Assembly (NCBI GenBank): GCA_050174015.1
Contig: JBFXKG010000005.1
Coordinates: 81,994 to 145,993 of the forward strand
Reading direction: 5' to 3'
Source: Candidatus Krumholzibacteriia bacterium
Lineage (GTDB): Bacteria > Krumholzibacteriota > Krumholzibacteriia > LZORAL124-64-63
Length of the DNA: 64,000 bases
This document shows positions 30,267 to 39,713 of the stretch, in pieces; positions within the stretch are counted from its first letter, which is position 1; every line of letters starts with the position of its first letter. The translations under genes and the position numbers were made by a program. The notes under the pieces were generated by a model. The model worked only from the letters and a program-made list of their open reading frames with translations, was not told the origin of the DNA and did no database searches.

Positions 30267-31124
30267 TCAGCCCCTCGCCAGCTCCCCCAGGATCTCCCCC
30301 CGCGCTCCCTCCCTCAGCTTCCGCATGGCCCGGTTGCGGATCTGGCGCACCCGCTCCCGTGACAGCCGCAACCTCTGCCCGATCGACTCCAGGGACTGCG
30401 AGGGTTCCTGGCCCAGCCCGAAGTAGCTCGCCAGGACTCCCCGTTCCCGCTGATCCAGTTCGGCCATGGCCGCAGCCAGGTGCTCTTCCAGACCCTGATT
30501 CTCCAGCGCGGTCAGGGGCACTGCGGCGCCGGGGTCGGCCAGGGTCTCCGCAAGGGTGGGGCTCTCGCCGTCGCCCTGCTCGTCCAGGGGGATGTTGGGC
30601 CGCCCGGCCGCCCGGATCCGGCCGATGATCAGGGGATCGAGGCCCATTTCACGGGCGAGATCGAGGTCCTGGGTCTCGCCCATGGCGGACTGGTTCATCC
30701 GCCTTTCGATGGCGGCGATCTTTACCGCGTCGCGCGCCCGGTTGGCGGGGAGCCGCACCGTGCGGGTCTTCTCCTGCAGGGCGGTGAGGATGGTCTGGCG
30801 GATCCACCAGGCCGCGTAGGTGATGAACCGCGAATCGCGCCGCTCGTCGAACCTGCGGGCGGCGGTGATCAGGCCGACGTTGCCCTCGGCGATCAGGTCC
30901 ATCGTGCTCAGGCCCCGTCCCAGGTACCGCTTCGCCACGCTGACCACGAACCGCAGGTTGGCGTTGACCATGGCGTCGAGGGCCTCGCCGTCGCCCCCGC
31001 GGATGCGCCGTGCCAGATCCTGCTCCTGCTCGCGGCTCAGCAGGGGATACCGCCCGATGATGCGGAGATAATGTTTCAGGGCCGGATCGTTCCGGCGCTC
31101 GAGATTGCTCTCGTATTCGTGCAT
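30267..31124 (-). CDS. RNA polymerase sigma factor, sigma-70 family (group 3-like, regions 2-3-4)
   Basis: 285 aa; region 2.x (DLIAEGNVGLITAARRFDERRDSRFITYAAWWIRQ) and region 4 (SLESIGQRLRLSRERVRQIRNRAMRKL). Confidence 0.75.
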   Translation of the reverse strand: MHEYESNLERRNDPALKHYLRIIGRYPLLSREQEQDLARRIRGGDGEALDAMVNANLRFVVSVAKRYLGRGLSTMDLIAEGNVGLITAARRFDERRDSRFITYAAWWIRQTILTALQEKTRTVRLPANRARDAVKIAAIERRMNQSAMGETQDLDLAREMGLDPLIIGRIRAAGRPNIPLDEQGDGESPTLAETLADPGAAVPLTALENQGLEEHLAAAMAELDQRERGVLASYFGLGQEPSQSLESIGQRLRLSRERVRQIRNRAMRKLREGARGEILGELARG

Positions 31125-31252
31125 GACACCCTCCCGTCGGTGCGATCCGGATTCATGGAGGGCTTACGAGGATGGCGGCGGGGTGTGACCGGGAAAGGCG
31201 GGGCCCCCGCAGGGGCCCCCGGAGGGGCCCCACGGGGCGATCGCGGCGGAGA

Positions 31253-32065
31253 TCAGCTCCTGTATTCCTGTCCCTTCAGGACCTGGGTCGCGCCCCCCTC
31301 GAGGAAGTGGTAGTCGGAGTACCCGTATTCCTCAAGGTAGTACTGGAGCCACTTGATCTGCTTGCCGACCTGGTCGAAGATCAGGAGCGTCTTGTCCTGG
31401 TTCTCCTTCCGGGCCACGAAGTTGGGGATGAAGACGTCCAGGGGGATTCCCCGGGCCCCGGTGATCCCCGGCAGGTCGCCGGATTTCTGGATGTGGTCGC
31501 GGACGTCGATCACCATCGCGTTCGGTTCGGCGGCCTTGGTCTGGAACGCGGCGAAATCCAGGCACTTGCCCTGGAAGTAGGACTTCTTCAGGAGCTGCTT
31601 GTCGGGGTCGGTGATGGCCTTGCCCAGCAACAGGGTACTCTGCGGCCAGACGGAGGCCCATTCGGGGATGCCGGCATCGAAGGCGTAGACGTTGTCGAAT
31701 CCCGCGGCCATGGCTTCCTGCGCCGCCTTGTAGGATTTCAGGCAGGTGGTGCCGTTGCAGTAGAACGCGACGTTGCGGCCCGGGTTGGCGGCGACCAGAT
31801 CGGCGATCTCGCCGGCGAAGGTCTTCTGCGAGACGGCGATGTGATGGGCGCCGTCGATGTGGATGACGTCGTACTCCAGCTTGGAGCGAACGTCGACGAC
31901 CACGAATTCGCCGCTTTCCAGGCCCAGGAACAGGTCGTAGGTTTCAATGGTCTTGACATCGGGATAATCCCCGCGGTAGGGATATTTCTCGTCGGCCGAC
32001 GCCGTCACGGCGAGGCCGGCGATCAGGGCGACGGCGAGCATGGCGTGGATCTTCGAGCGGATCAT
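31253..32065 (-). CDS. Periplasmic tandem rhodanese-domain sulfurtransferase
   Basis: Signal peptide; two rhodanese-like segments, first with active-site Cys loop FYCNGTTC. Confidence 0.7.
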   Translation of the reverse strand: MIRSKIHAMLAVALIAGLAVTASADEKYPYRGDYPDVKTIETYDLFLGLESGEFVVVDVRSKLEYDVIHIDGAHHIAVSQKTFAGEIADLVAANPGRNVAFYCNGTTCLKSYKAAQEAMAAGFDNVYAFDAGIPEWASVWPQSTLLLGKAITDPDKQLLKKSYFQGKCLDFAAFQTKAAEPNAMVIDVRDHIQKSGDLPGITGARGIPLDVFIPNFVARKENQDKTLLIFDQVGKQIKWLQYYLEEYGYSDYHFLEGGATQVLKGQEYRS

Positions 32066-32164
32066 GGGGCTCCTCCTCCGGATGGTGCCTGGGTTCGTTC
32101 CTGGTTTGTGGTATTCGGATGGAATCCCATCGACAGTGTGGGGATTTTCTTGAGGAGGAATCCC

Positions 32165-32668
32165 ATGGATGTGGTGCGCAGGGGGAAAACGGGCGGGACC
32201 ATGCTGCTCATGGCCCTGGTCCTGGTGGCGATCGGCGCCCTGGCCCTGGGGGCCGGGGAGAAGATGAGCGTCCAGGTCAAGACCGGCCAGCTCCGGGCCA
32301 AGGCCTCGTTCCTGGGGGCGCTGACGGGCGAGGTCGGGTACGGGACGCGGGTGGACGTGGTGGCCCGGCAGGGGGCCTGGGTCAAGGTGTCCGGGGCGGG
32401 CAAGGAGGGCTGGATCCACGAATCCGCCCTGACCCCCAAGGTCGTGGTCATGAAGGCGGGGGACGCGCCGGTCGGGACGGGCGCCGGCGGCGACGAGGTC
32501 GCCCTCGCCGGCAAGGGATTCAACTCCCAGGTCGAGGAGGAATACCGCAAGGAGAACAGGGAGGTCGACTTCGCCTGGGTCGACCGCATGGAGAAGTTCG
32601 TGATCACCCCCCGGCAGGCAGCCGACTTCCTCGCCGAAGGCTCCGTCGGAACCGAAGGGGGGAACTGA
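32165..32668 (+). CDS. Secreted SH3b-like domain protein
   Basis: Signal/TM MLLMALVLVAIGALALGA; SH3b-like segment GYGTRVDVVARQGAWVKVSGAGKEGWIHESAL; start 32165 or 32201. Confidence 0.45.
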   Translation: MDVVRRGKTGGTMLLMALVLVAIGALALGAGEKMSVQVKTGQLRAKASFLGALTGEVGYGTRVDVVARQGAWVKVSGAGKEGWIHESALTPKVVVMKAGDAPVGTGAGGDEVALAGKGFNSQVEEEYRKENREVDFAWVDRMEKFVITPRQAADFLAEGSVGTEGGN

Positions 32669-32669
32669 C

Positions 32670-33596
32670 ATGAAGACCTTCGGCACGACGATCCGGACCG
32701 TACTGGTGATCCTGGCCCTGGCCGCCCTGGCGGCCGGCTGCGCCTCGGTGGCCAAGATGGCCACCCAGGTGGGCCAGGGGACCGGGGCCATCACCGAGGA
32801 CCAGGCCCAGTCCCTGAACCGCAGCATCGACGCGGTGGAGAAGACCTTCACCGACATCACGCCCGAGCAGGAGTACTACCTGGGCCGCGCCGTGGCGGCC
32901 AACCTGCTGACCGACCAGCGGGCCCTGGACGATGCGGCGGCCAACGCCTACCTGAACCGCCTGGGCCAGACCCTGGCCATGGCCTCGGACCGCCCGGAGA
33001 CCTTCGGCGGATACCACTTCCTGCTGCTGGATTCGGACGAGATCAACGCCTTCGCCGCGCCCGGCGGCCTGATCCTGGTCACCCGGGGCATGGTGCGGCT
33101 TTGCGGGACCGAGGACGAACTGGCGGCGGTCCTCGCGCACGAGATCGGGCACATCCAGGGCAAGCACGGCCTGCGGGCCATCAAGAACAGCCGGCTGACC
33201 GGCGCCCTGACGGTCCTGGCGGCCGAGGGCGCGCGCCAGTTCGGCGGGCAGGACCTCAAGAATCTGGTCGAGGCCTACGAGGGCAGCATCAGCGACATCA
33301 CCGGGACCCTGGTGACAAGCGGTTACTCCCGCGGCCTGGAACAGGAAGCCGACCGGGCGGCGGTGGCCATCCTGGAGCGGGTGGGCTACGACCCGCACGC
33401 GCTGGTCACGATGCTGACCCGCATGAAGGAGCGGCTCGAGCCCGGCGGGCTGGATTTCGCCAAGACCCATCCCGACCCGGGCGACCGGATCGCCGACATC
33501 AAGCCCCTGATGACCAGGGCGCCGGCGGCGGCCGAACCGGCTGCGCGCCACCGGAGGTTCATCGGGGCGGTGGGCGGACTGCTCGCCGGGTCATGA
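32670..33596 (+). CDS. M48-family Zn metallopeptidase lipoprotein (BepA/YcaL-like)
   Basis: Lipobox LAAGCAS; HEIGHIQGKHG zinc motif and downstream E (LEQEADRAAV). Confidence 0.8.
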   Translation: MKTFGTTIRTVLVILALAALAAGCASVAKMATQVGQGTGAITEDQAQSLNRSIDAVEKTFTDITPEQEYYLGRAVAANLLTDQRALDDAAANAYLNRLGQTLAMASDRPETFGGYHFLLLDSDEINAFAAPGGLILVTRGMVRLCGTEDELAAVLAHEIGHIQGKHGLRAIKNSRLTGALTVLAAEGARQFGGQDLKNLVEAYEGSISDITGTLVTSGYSRGLEQEADRAAVAILERVGYDPHALVTMLTRMKERLEPGGLDFAKTHPDPGDRIADIKPLMTRAPAAAEPAARHRRFIGAVGGLLAGS

Positions 33597-35698
33597 CCTC
33601 CCTGCGGAGCAAGGCGGGCCAGGGGGCGCTCCTGGGTCTGGGAGCGACGGCCCTGGCCTGCCTGCTGTGGTGGTCCGGGGCGCTGGAGCGGGCCGAGAAC
33701 GTGACCTGGGACTGGCGGGTCCGCCTCACCGCGGGGGCCGATTCGCGGACGGCCGCGTTCGCAGCGGATTCCCTGGCGGTCATCCTGCTCGACCAGGCCA
33801 GCCTGGACTGGGGCCAGGAGACCAGCGGCTGGTCCTGGCCGTGGCCGCGCGAGGTCTACGGGGCCGTCATCGGGTTCTGCAAGCAGGCGGGCGCCGCCAC
33901 CCTGGCCTTCGACGTCCTGTTCACCGAGCCGTCGGTCTACGGCATGGCCGACGACGAGGCCCTGGCCGAGGCCATGGCCGACTTCGGTCCCTTCGTCGGG
34001 GCCCTGTTCGTTCACGAGGCATCGGCGGGGAACGCCCCCGACCGGGCCGGAGGCGACGGGCCTGCGCCGTCGCCCATCACCCTGCCCATCCCCGAGGTGG
34101 CGGCCGCCGCCGCCGTGCTGGGCAACGTGGCGGACGTTCCGGACGCCGACGGCATCTTCCGCCGCGCCTCGCTCGTTCGCCTCTCGCCGGATCCCGATCT
34201 TCTCAATCGCCGCATCCCCTCGCTGGGTTACGCCCAGTTCGAACTCGCGCGGCCTGGCGCTTCAGCCGGTCTCACGTCCGTGGTGATCGACGGCGATCCG
34301 GTGCTCGGCTCCAGGGCGCCCCGGCCTGTCCTGAGGTACGTGGCCCCCGATCGGGCCTGGCCCCAGTACGGCGCCGCGGCGGTGATCCGGTCCTACCTGC
34401 AGATGATGGAGGGTTCCGAGCCTACCCTCGACCCTGCGTCGCTGCGGGGGAGGCACGTGCTGTTCGGGTTCAGCGCTCCGGGCCTGCTCGACCTGCGGCC
34501 CACGCCCCTGAGTCGCGTGGCCCCGGGGGTGACCGTCCACGCCACGGTGCTGGCCGACCTGATGACCGACGGATTCATCGCCGGCACCCCGCCGGCCGCG
34601 GCGGTCCTCGTCCACGCGTTGCTGGCTGTGCTTACGGCCGGTCTGCTGCTGGGGGCCCGCAGGTCGTGGCAGACCGGCCTGGTGCTGCTGGGCGGGGTGG
34701 CGATCCTGCTGGTCTGGGCCTGGGCGCAGGCGTCGGCCGGTCGGTGGTGGCCGGTGGTTCCGGGGCTCGGCGGACAGGTCCTGGCCATGGCCGGGGCCCT
34801 GGTGCTGGCCTGGTCCACGGAGGGCCGCAAGAAGCGCTTCATCAGCCAGGCGTTCGGGCACTACCTCAGCCCCGCGGTGATCGCGGCGATCATGGAGGAT
34901 CCCGACAGGCTTCAACTCGGCGGAGAGAGGCGCGAGCTGACCATCTTCTTCTCCGACCTGGCCGGATTCACCGGCATCAGCGAGAAGCTCGACCCGAAGG
35001 ATCTGGTGGTCCTGCTGAACGAGTACCTGTCCGACATGACGGACATCATCCTGCAGGAGCAGGGCACGCTGGACAAATACGAGGGGGATGCGATCATCGC
35101 CTTCTGGAACGCGCCGCTGGACCAGCCGGACCATGCCGCGCGGGCGTGCCGCACGGCGGTGCTTTGCCAGCGCCGGCTGGCCGATCGCCGCGCCGGGTTC
35201 AAGGAGCGCTTCGGCGTCGATCTGCACATGCGCATCGGCCTGCACACCGGTCCGGTGACCGTGGGCAACATGGGTTCCCAGGACCGCTTCGATTACACGG
35301 TGCTCGGGGACGCCGCCAACCTGGCCTCGCGGCTGGAAGGCGCCAACAAGGTGTTCGGGACCGCCGTGATGGCGTCGCAGACGACGGTCGAGGCGGCCGC
35401 CGGGGCGGTCATCGCGCGCGAACTCGGCGACCTGCAGGTCGTCGGCCGCCAGACCGCGGTGACGGTCGCGGAGATCACCGGCCTCGCCGGCGATCCGGCC
35501 CCGGGTCACTGGCCCGAGTACGCCCGGGCCCTGGAACTGTGCCGCGGGGGCCGTCCCCAGGACGCCTTGCCGGTGTTCGCGGGGCTTGGCTCCGGGCCGG
35601 CTGCGGATCCTGCAGCGGCCGCCTGGGCCGAGCGCCTGCAGTCCGAAGCGGCCGAGCCGGAAGCCTTCGCTGCGGTCTGGAGCCTCAAGGGGAAGTAG
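33593..35698 (+). CDS. CHASE2 sensor-domain adenylate/guanylate cyclase (class III)
   Basis: ATGA overlap with the M48 stop; periplasmic CHASE2-like region between TM segments; cyclase core FFSDLAGFTGISEKL...GDAIIAFWNAP...RIGLHTGPVTVGNMGS...YTVLGDAANLASRLE. Confidence 0.8.
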   Translation: MTSLRSKAGQGALLGLGATALACLLWWSGALERAENVTWDWRVRLTAGADSRTAAFAADSLAVILLDQASLDWGQETSGWSWPWPREVYGAVIGFCKQAGAATLAFDVLFTEPSVYGMADDEALAEAMADFGPFVGALFVHEASAGNAPDRAGGDGPAPSPITLPIPEVAAAAAVLGNVADVPDADGIFRRASLVRLSPDPDLLNRRIPSLGYAQFELARPGASAGLTSVVIDGDPVLGSRAPRPVLRYVAPDRAWPQYGAAAVIRSYLQMMEGSEPTLDPASLRGRHVLFGFSAPGLLDLRPTPLSRVAPGVTVHATVLADLMTDGFIAGTPPAAAVLVHALLAVLTAGLLLGARRSWQTGLVLLGGVAILLVWAWAQASAGRWWPVVPGLGGQVLAMAGALVLAWSTEGRKKRFISQAFGHYLSPAVIAAIMEDPDRLQLGGERRELTIFFSDLAGFTGISEKLDPKDLVVLLNEYLSDMTDIILQEQGTLDKYEGDAIIAFWNAPLDQPDHAARACRTAVLCQRRLADRRAGFKERFGVDLHMRIGLHTGPVTVGNMGSQDRFDYTVLGDAANLASRLEGANKVFGTAVMASQTTVEAAAGAVIARELGDLQVVGRQTAVTVAEITGLAGDPAPGHWPEYARALELCRGGRPQDALPVFAGLGSGPAADPAAAAWAERLQSEAAEPEAFAAVWSLKGK

Positions 35699-35703
35699 GT
35701 CCG

Positions 35704-36543
35704 ATGAAGCTGTTCCTCGCAGGCGTGCGCGGGTCGCGCCCGGTCACCGGGTCGCAGGTGGCGCGCTACGGCGGAGACACCACCAGCGTCCTGGTCACCG
35801 GCCGGGCGGGCGAAACCGTGGTCATCGACGCCGGATCGGGACTGGCGGCCATCGAGCCGCGCCTGGGGGGACCCGCCCAGGACGTCCTTCTGCTCTTGAC
35901 GCACCTGCATCTCGACCACCTGCAGGGACTGCCGGGATTCGGGCCGTTCTGGCAGGCCGGGCGCAGGATCGTCGTCCTCGGTCCGCTCGGCAGCCGGGAT
36001 GCGGCATGCGGTCTCGTCGGCCCGCCCTACTGGCCCCTGAGTCTCGTGGACGCCCCGGCGGACGTCGCCTTCACCGAGGGCGACCCCGCGGCGGTCGTCT
36101 GGGGCGGCCTGCGGATCAGCAGCTTCCCGGTGGCGCATCCGGGGGGGAGCCTGGCCTATCGCATCGACGAACCGGCTACGAACCGGTCTCTGGTGTTCGC
36201 CACCGACGTCGAGTGGGAGTCGATGGACGCGTCCGCCCGGAGGGATTTCGCGGCCTTCTGCCGGACCCCGGCGCCGGTGGATCTGCTGCTGATGGACGGG
36301 CACCTGACCCCCGCCAACGCCCCCGACCGCAGGGGCTGGGGACACAGTTCGTACGAGGAGGTGGCGGCCGCCGGCGAGGCGGCCGGGGCGGGCCGGGTAC
36401 TCGTCATCCACCACGATCCGGATCATGACGACGGGCAGCTCGACCGCCTGGCGGCCGACCTGGAGGCCCACGTGGCGCAGAGGGGGTACGCCTTCACGGC
36501 CGCCCTCGCAAGGCAAGGGGACGAGGAGGATCTCGGCGGATGA
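35704..36543 (+). CDS. MBL-fold metallo-hydrolase (candidate cyclic-nucleotide phosphodiesterase)
   Basis: HxHxDH motif LTHLHLDHLQG plus downstream His/Asp ligands; 5 nt after the cyclase gene. Confidence 0.6.
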   Translation: MKLFLAGVRGSRPVTGSQVARYGGDTTSVLVTGRAGETVVIDAGSGLAAIEPRLGGPAQDVLLLLTHLHLDHLQGLPGFGPFWQAGRRIVVLGPLGSRDAACGLVGPPYWPLSLVDAPADVAFTEGDPAAVVWGGLRISSFPVAHPGGSLAYRIDEPATNRSLVFATDVEWESMDASARRDFAAFCRTPAPVDLLLMDGHLTPANAPDRRGWGHSSYEEVAAAGEAAGAGRVLVIHHDPDHDDGQLDRLAADLEAHVAQRGYAFTAALARQGDEEDLGG

Positions 36544-38144
36544 ACCAGTATGCACCGTTGATCATCGAGCTGGGAATCATGGCGGCCGTGTGGCTGCTCG
36601 GGGCGGGGTTCGCCTCGGTGTTCCACCGGAAGTCGCGGACCGAACACGGGAGCCGGGGCCGCCCCCGCAACCTGGGGACGCTGCTGGCCTACCTGGCCCT
36701 GCCGGTCTTCGTGCTGGTCCTGTCCTTCGGGGCCGAACGGGCCGCCGGGCTGTTCCCGCAGGCTGCGGCCTGGCTCGACGGCCACGGCAACCACGTCTCG
36801 GCCTGGCTTCTGTTCTGGCTGGGAGTGGGGCTGATCCTGCTGGTCGAGGGAATCCTCCATCTGGTCTACGCCTCCCGCGGGCGGAACTTCCCGGTCCCGG
36901 ACCTGCTGCTGGACATCCTGAGGCTGCTGCTGATCCTGGCGGTGGCTTTCGGTGTCCTGAGGTTCGAACTCGGACTGAACATCGGGCCCCTCCTGGCGTC
37001 CACCGCCCTGATCACGGCCGTGGTCGGCTTCGCCTTGCAGGGCGTGCTGGGGAACCTGCTGGCGGGCATGTCCCTGCACATCTCGCGGTCCATGGTGCCG
37101 GGAGACTGGATCGATCTGGGCGGGACCACGGGCAAGGTCGTCGAGACCAACTGGCGCGAGACCCGGGTGCGGACCAACGACGGCCACATGATCATCGTGC
37201 CCAACAGCAAGGTGGCCGACGCGGTCATCCACAACATGGTGCGGCCCAATTCCACCCGCCGCCATCAGGTCAACGTCGGTGCCAGCTACGCCGATGCTCC
37301 CGACGCCGTGATCGCCGCCCTGGTCGAGGCGGCGCTCGAGGTGCCCGAGGTCCTGCGCAACCCCGCCCCGGACGCCTTCGTCACCGCCTACCAGGATTAC
37401 GGCATCAACTACGTGCTGCGGTTCTGGTCGAAGGAGTACCACCGCCGGCTGGTCATCGAGGGTCACGTCAACCGGATGATCTGGTACAAGTTCAAGCGGC
37501 GGGGCATCGAGATCCCCTTCCCCATGTCCGACAAGCTGCTGTACGACTTCATGGAGGTGGTTCAGACCCAGGGACGCAAGCCCGCGCCTGCCGCCGAGCT
37601 GAGCCGCATCACCGAACTGCTGGCCGGCAGCGACCTCGTCCGCACCCTGGCGACCGATCTCCAGGGCGCGCCGCTGCTGACGCGGGAGCATCTGGCGGAA
37701 CTCGCCCCTCACGTGCGCCGCGTCCTGTACACCCGGGGGGAGACCCTGTGCCGCCAGGGGGATCAGGGCGATTCCTGTTTCCTGGTGGTGAGCGGGCAGC
37801 TTTCCGGGCGGGTCCGCAACGAACAGGGACAGGAGATCGCCGCCTTCGATCTGGGGCCGGGGGCCCTGGTGGGCGAGATGAGCCTGATGCTGGGGGTTCC
37901 CCGTTCGGCGGAGATCACCCTGCCCGAGGGGGCCGAGTTGATCGAGATCGGCCCGGAGGCGTTCAAGGTGCTCCTGGGCCTGCATCCGGAGGTCCCCGAA
38001 TCCCTGGCGAGACTGGCCGAGGACCGGGCCAAGGCCAACCGGGCGGCCCTGGAGGCCTGGGCCGGCGCCCGGAACGGAAACGAGGGGATCGAGTTGAACG
38101 CCAAGGGATTCCTGCATCGGTTCCTGAAGATCCTGGGCCGCTGA
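36540..38144 (+). CDS. MscS-family mechanosensitive channel with C-terminal cyclic-nucleotide-binding (cNMP) domain
   Basis: ATGA overlap with the upstream stop; MscS TM3/beta-domain (GVLGNLLAGMSLHISRSMVPGDWIDLGGTTGKVVETNWRETRVRTNDGHMIIVPNS); C-terminal cNMP fold (GETLCRQGDQGDSCFLVVSGQLSG...GEMSLMLGVPRSAEITL). Confidence 0.8.
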   Translation: MNQYAPLIIELGIMAAVWLLGAGFASVFHRKSRTEHGSRGRPRNLGTLLAYLALPVFVLVLSFGAERAAGLFPQAAAWLDGHGNHVSAWLLFWLGVGLILLVEGILHLVYASRGRNFPVPDLLLDILRLLLILAVAFGVLRFELGLNIGPLLASTALITAVVGFALQGVLGNLLAGMSLHISRSMVPGDWIDLGGTTGKVVETNWRETRVRTNDGHMIIVPNSKVADAVIHNMVRPNSTRRHQVNVGASYADAPDAVIAALVEAALEVPEVLRNPAPDAFVTAYQDYGINYVLRFWSKEYHRRLVIEGHVNRMIWYKFKRRGIEIPFPMSDKLLYDFMEVVQTQGRKPAPAAELSRITELLAGSDLVRTLATDLQGAPLLTREHLAELAPHVRRVLYTRGETLCRQGDQGDSCFLVVSGQLSGRVRNEQGQEIAAFDLGPGALVGEMSLMLGVPRSAEITLPEGAELIEIGPEAFKVLLGLHPEVPESLARLAEDRAKANRAALEAWAGARNGNEGIELNAKGFLHRFLKILGR

Positions 38145-38170
38145 AACGGGTTTTCAATAAATTTTCCACA

Positions 38171-38209
38171 ACGGCATGGACAATTCCGGAACCAATACTA
38201 TAGTATTTT
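38171..38209 (+). promoter_or_regulatory. Sigma-70-like promoter (TGGACA-N18-TAGTAT) overlapping a near-perfect palindrome ccaatactatagtatt(tt)gg in an AT-rich island
   Basis: Hexamers read directly; the palindrome spans the spacer and -10; about 100 nt upstream of the Cys-rich repeat-protein gene. Confidence 0.45.
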
Positions 38210-38311
38210 GGTATGACTTGAATCCGTAGCCACCGACACGGAGAACCAACGGGACCGTTCCCTTGATTTCATCGCCCGGCGCTCTCGTTGCCGGGCTGAA
38301 AGGAAGCTGCA

Positions 38312-38905
38312 ATGAAGCGCACCACGACCACCCTGATCGCCATGCTGGCCATCCTCGCCCTGTCCGCCACCCTGGCCATGGCGGGGGACGACTGCGGAGC
38401 CAAGAAGGCCGCCGCCAAGGGCGCCTGCGCGGACAAGGCCGCCGCCTGCGCCGACAAGGCCGGCGCGACCGCTCTGGAAGCCTCAGCCAAGGGCGCCTGC
38501 GCGGACAAGGCCGCCGCCTGTGCGGACAAGGCCGGAGCGACCGCCATGGAAGCCTCCGCCAAGGGCGCCTGCGCGGACAAGGCTGCCGCCTGCGCCACCA
38601 AGGCCGGCTCGTGCCCTGATCAGGCCGCCTGCGACGCCGTCAAGGCCGCCATGCACAAGTGTTGCGCCGAGGCCATGGCCGCGGGCAACGGCTGCTGCGG
38701 CAAGGACGCCGCCGGCCTGAAGGCCGACTTCACTCAGAAGGTCGCCTCCCACAAGGCCGCCATGGCCGTGAAGGCCGACATGCACAAGTGCTGCGCCGAG
38801 GCCCTCGACGCGGGCAAGGGCTGCTGCGGCAAGGACGCCGCCGGTCTGAAGGCCGACTTCGACAAGAAGGTCGCCGGGGTCGAGAAGAAGGTCGCCTCGA
38901 TGTAA
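38312..38905 (+). CDS. Secreted Ala/Cys-rich tandem-repeat protein (candidate metal-binding periplasmic protein)
   Basis: Signal peptide; 3 x 24-aa repeat AKGACADKAAACADKAGATA(L/M)EAS (72-nt DNA period from 38415); 2 x about 43-aa repeat MHKCCAEA..G.GCCGKDAAGLKADF; 14 Cys in 197 aa. Confidence 0.6.
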   Translation: MKRTTTTLIAMLAILALSATLAMAGDDCGAKKAAAKGACADKAAACADKAGATALEASAKGACADKAAACADKAGATAMEASAKGACADKAAACATKAGSCPDQAACDAVKAAMHKCCAEAMAAGNGCCGKDAAGLKADFTQKVASHKAAMAVKADMHKCCAEALDAGKGCCGKDAAGLKADFDKKVAGVEKKVASM

Positions 38906-39080
38906 TCCCCCGGTGCCAGCCTGACCACACACCGGGACGGACCCCGGCTCCCTGCGAGCCGGGGTCTTTTCCATGTCACCGGGTATCCATGCCTGCGTAT
39001 TATCCCCTGTCGCCACCGGGCCGGGCATCCGTGCCGGTCCGGAGCGGGCAAGCGATCGGCGCCGATTTTCTTGCGAGGAC

Positions 39081-39713
39081 GTGTCATTGAACCTGAGAAC
39101 CGCGTGGCGTGACCGCAGGCACGGGATCCTGCTCCGGCTGGCCCGGCGCGGTCACGAGGACTCCTTCACCAGGCTTTACCAGGAGCTGTACGCCCCGGTG
39201 ACGGCTTTCGTCGCAAGCCGGGTCAGGAATCGCGAGGACGCCGAGGACGTCGTGTCCCAGGTCTTCCAGCGCTTCCTGGCGGGCATGGACGGGTTCGATG
39301 GCCGGCGCGGGAGCGTGCTCGGCTGGACCCTGGCCATGGCCCGACACGCAGTCATCGACCGCGCCCGGCGCCAGGCCGCCCACGGGGGCGCCCGGCGGTG
39401 GGTGGGGGACGTGGACGGCATGGCGGAGGTGCTGCCGTCCCCGGTCCCGGATGCCCTTGCGGCCCTGGTGGCGGACGAGGATCTGGCCAGGCTGGCCCGG
39501 CTGCTGGACATGCAGCCGGCGGAGATCCGGGAGATGTTCGAGCTGCGCTTCGGCCAGGGCCTGGCCCTGAAGGACGTGGCCGGGGTGCTGGACCTGAGCG
39601 AGGACGCCGTCAAGCAGCGTTTCGCCCGGGCCACGCGGAAGCTGCGGGAACAATGGCGAGGCGACGTGAATCCGGCGGGCAAGGGAGGCAAGACATGCAC
39701 GGCGACGGACTAG
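39081..39713 (+). CDS. ECF-type sigma factor
   Basis: Region 2 (FTRLYQELYAPVTAFVASRV...DVVSQVFQRF) and region 4 (LDMQPAEIREMFELRFGQGLALKDVAGVLDLSEDAVKQRFARATRKL); GTG/TTG start around 39081-39088. Confidence 0.65.
   Translation: MSLNLRTAWRDRRHGILLRLARRGHEDSFTRLYQELYAPVTAFVASRVRNREDAEDVVSQVFQRFLAGMDGFDGRRGSVLGWTLAMARHAVIDRARRQAAHGGARRWVGDVDGMAEVLPSPVPDALAALVADEDLARLARLLDMQPAEIREMFELRFGQGLALKDVAGVLDLSEDAVKQRFARATRKLREQWRGDVNPAGKGGKTCTATD

Noticed and set aside
38269-38601. Minus-strand ORF 38269..38601 and plus ORF 38263..38619 overlapping the Cys-rich gene
   Set aside because: Products of the Ala-codon-rich tandem repeat read in other frames; only the 38312 frame has a signal peptide and RBS.
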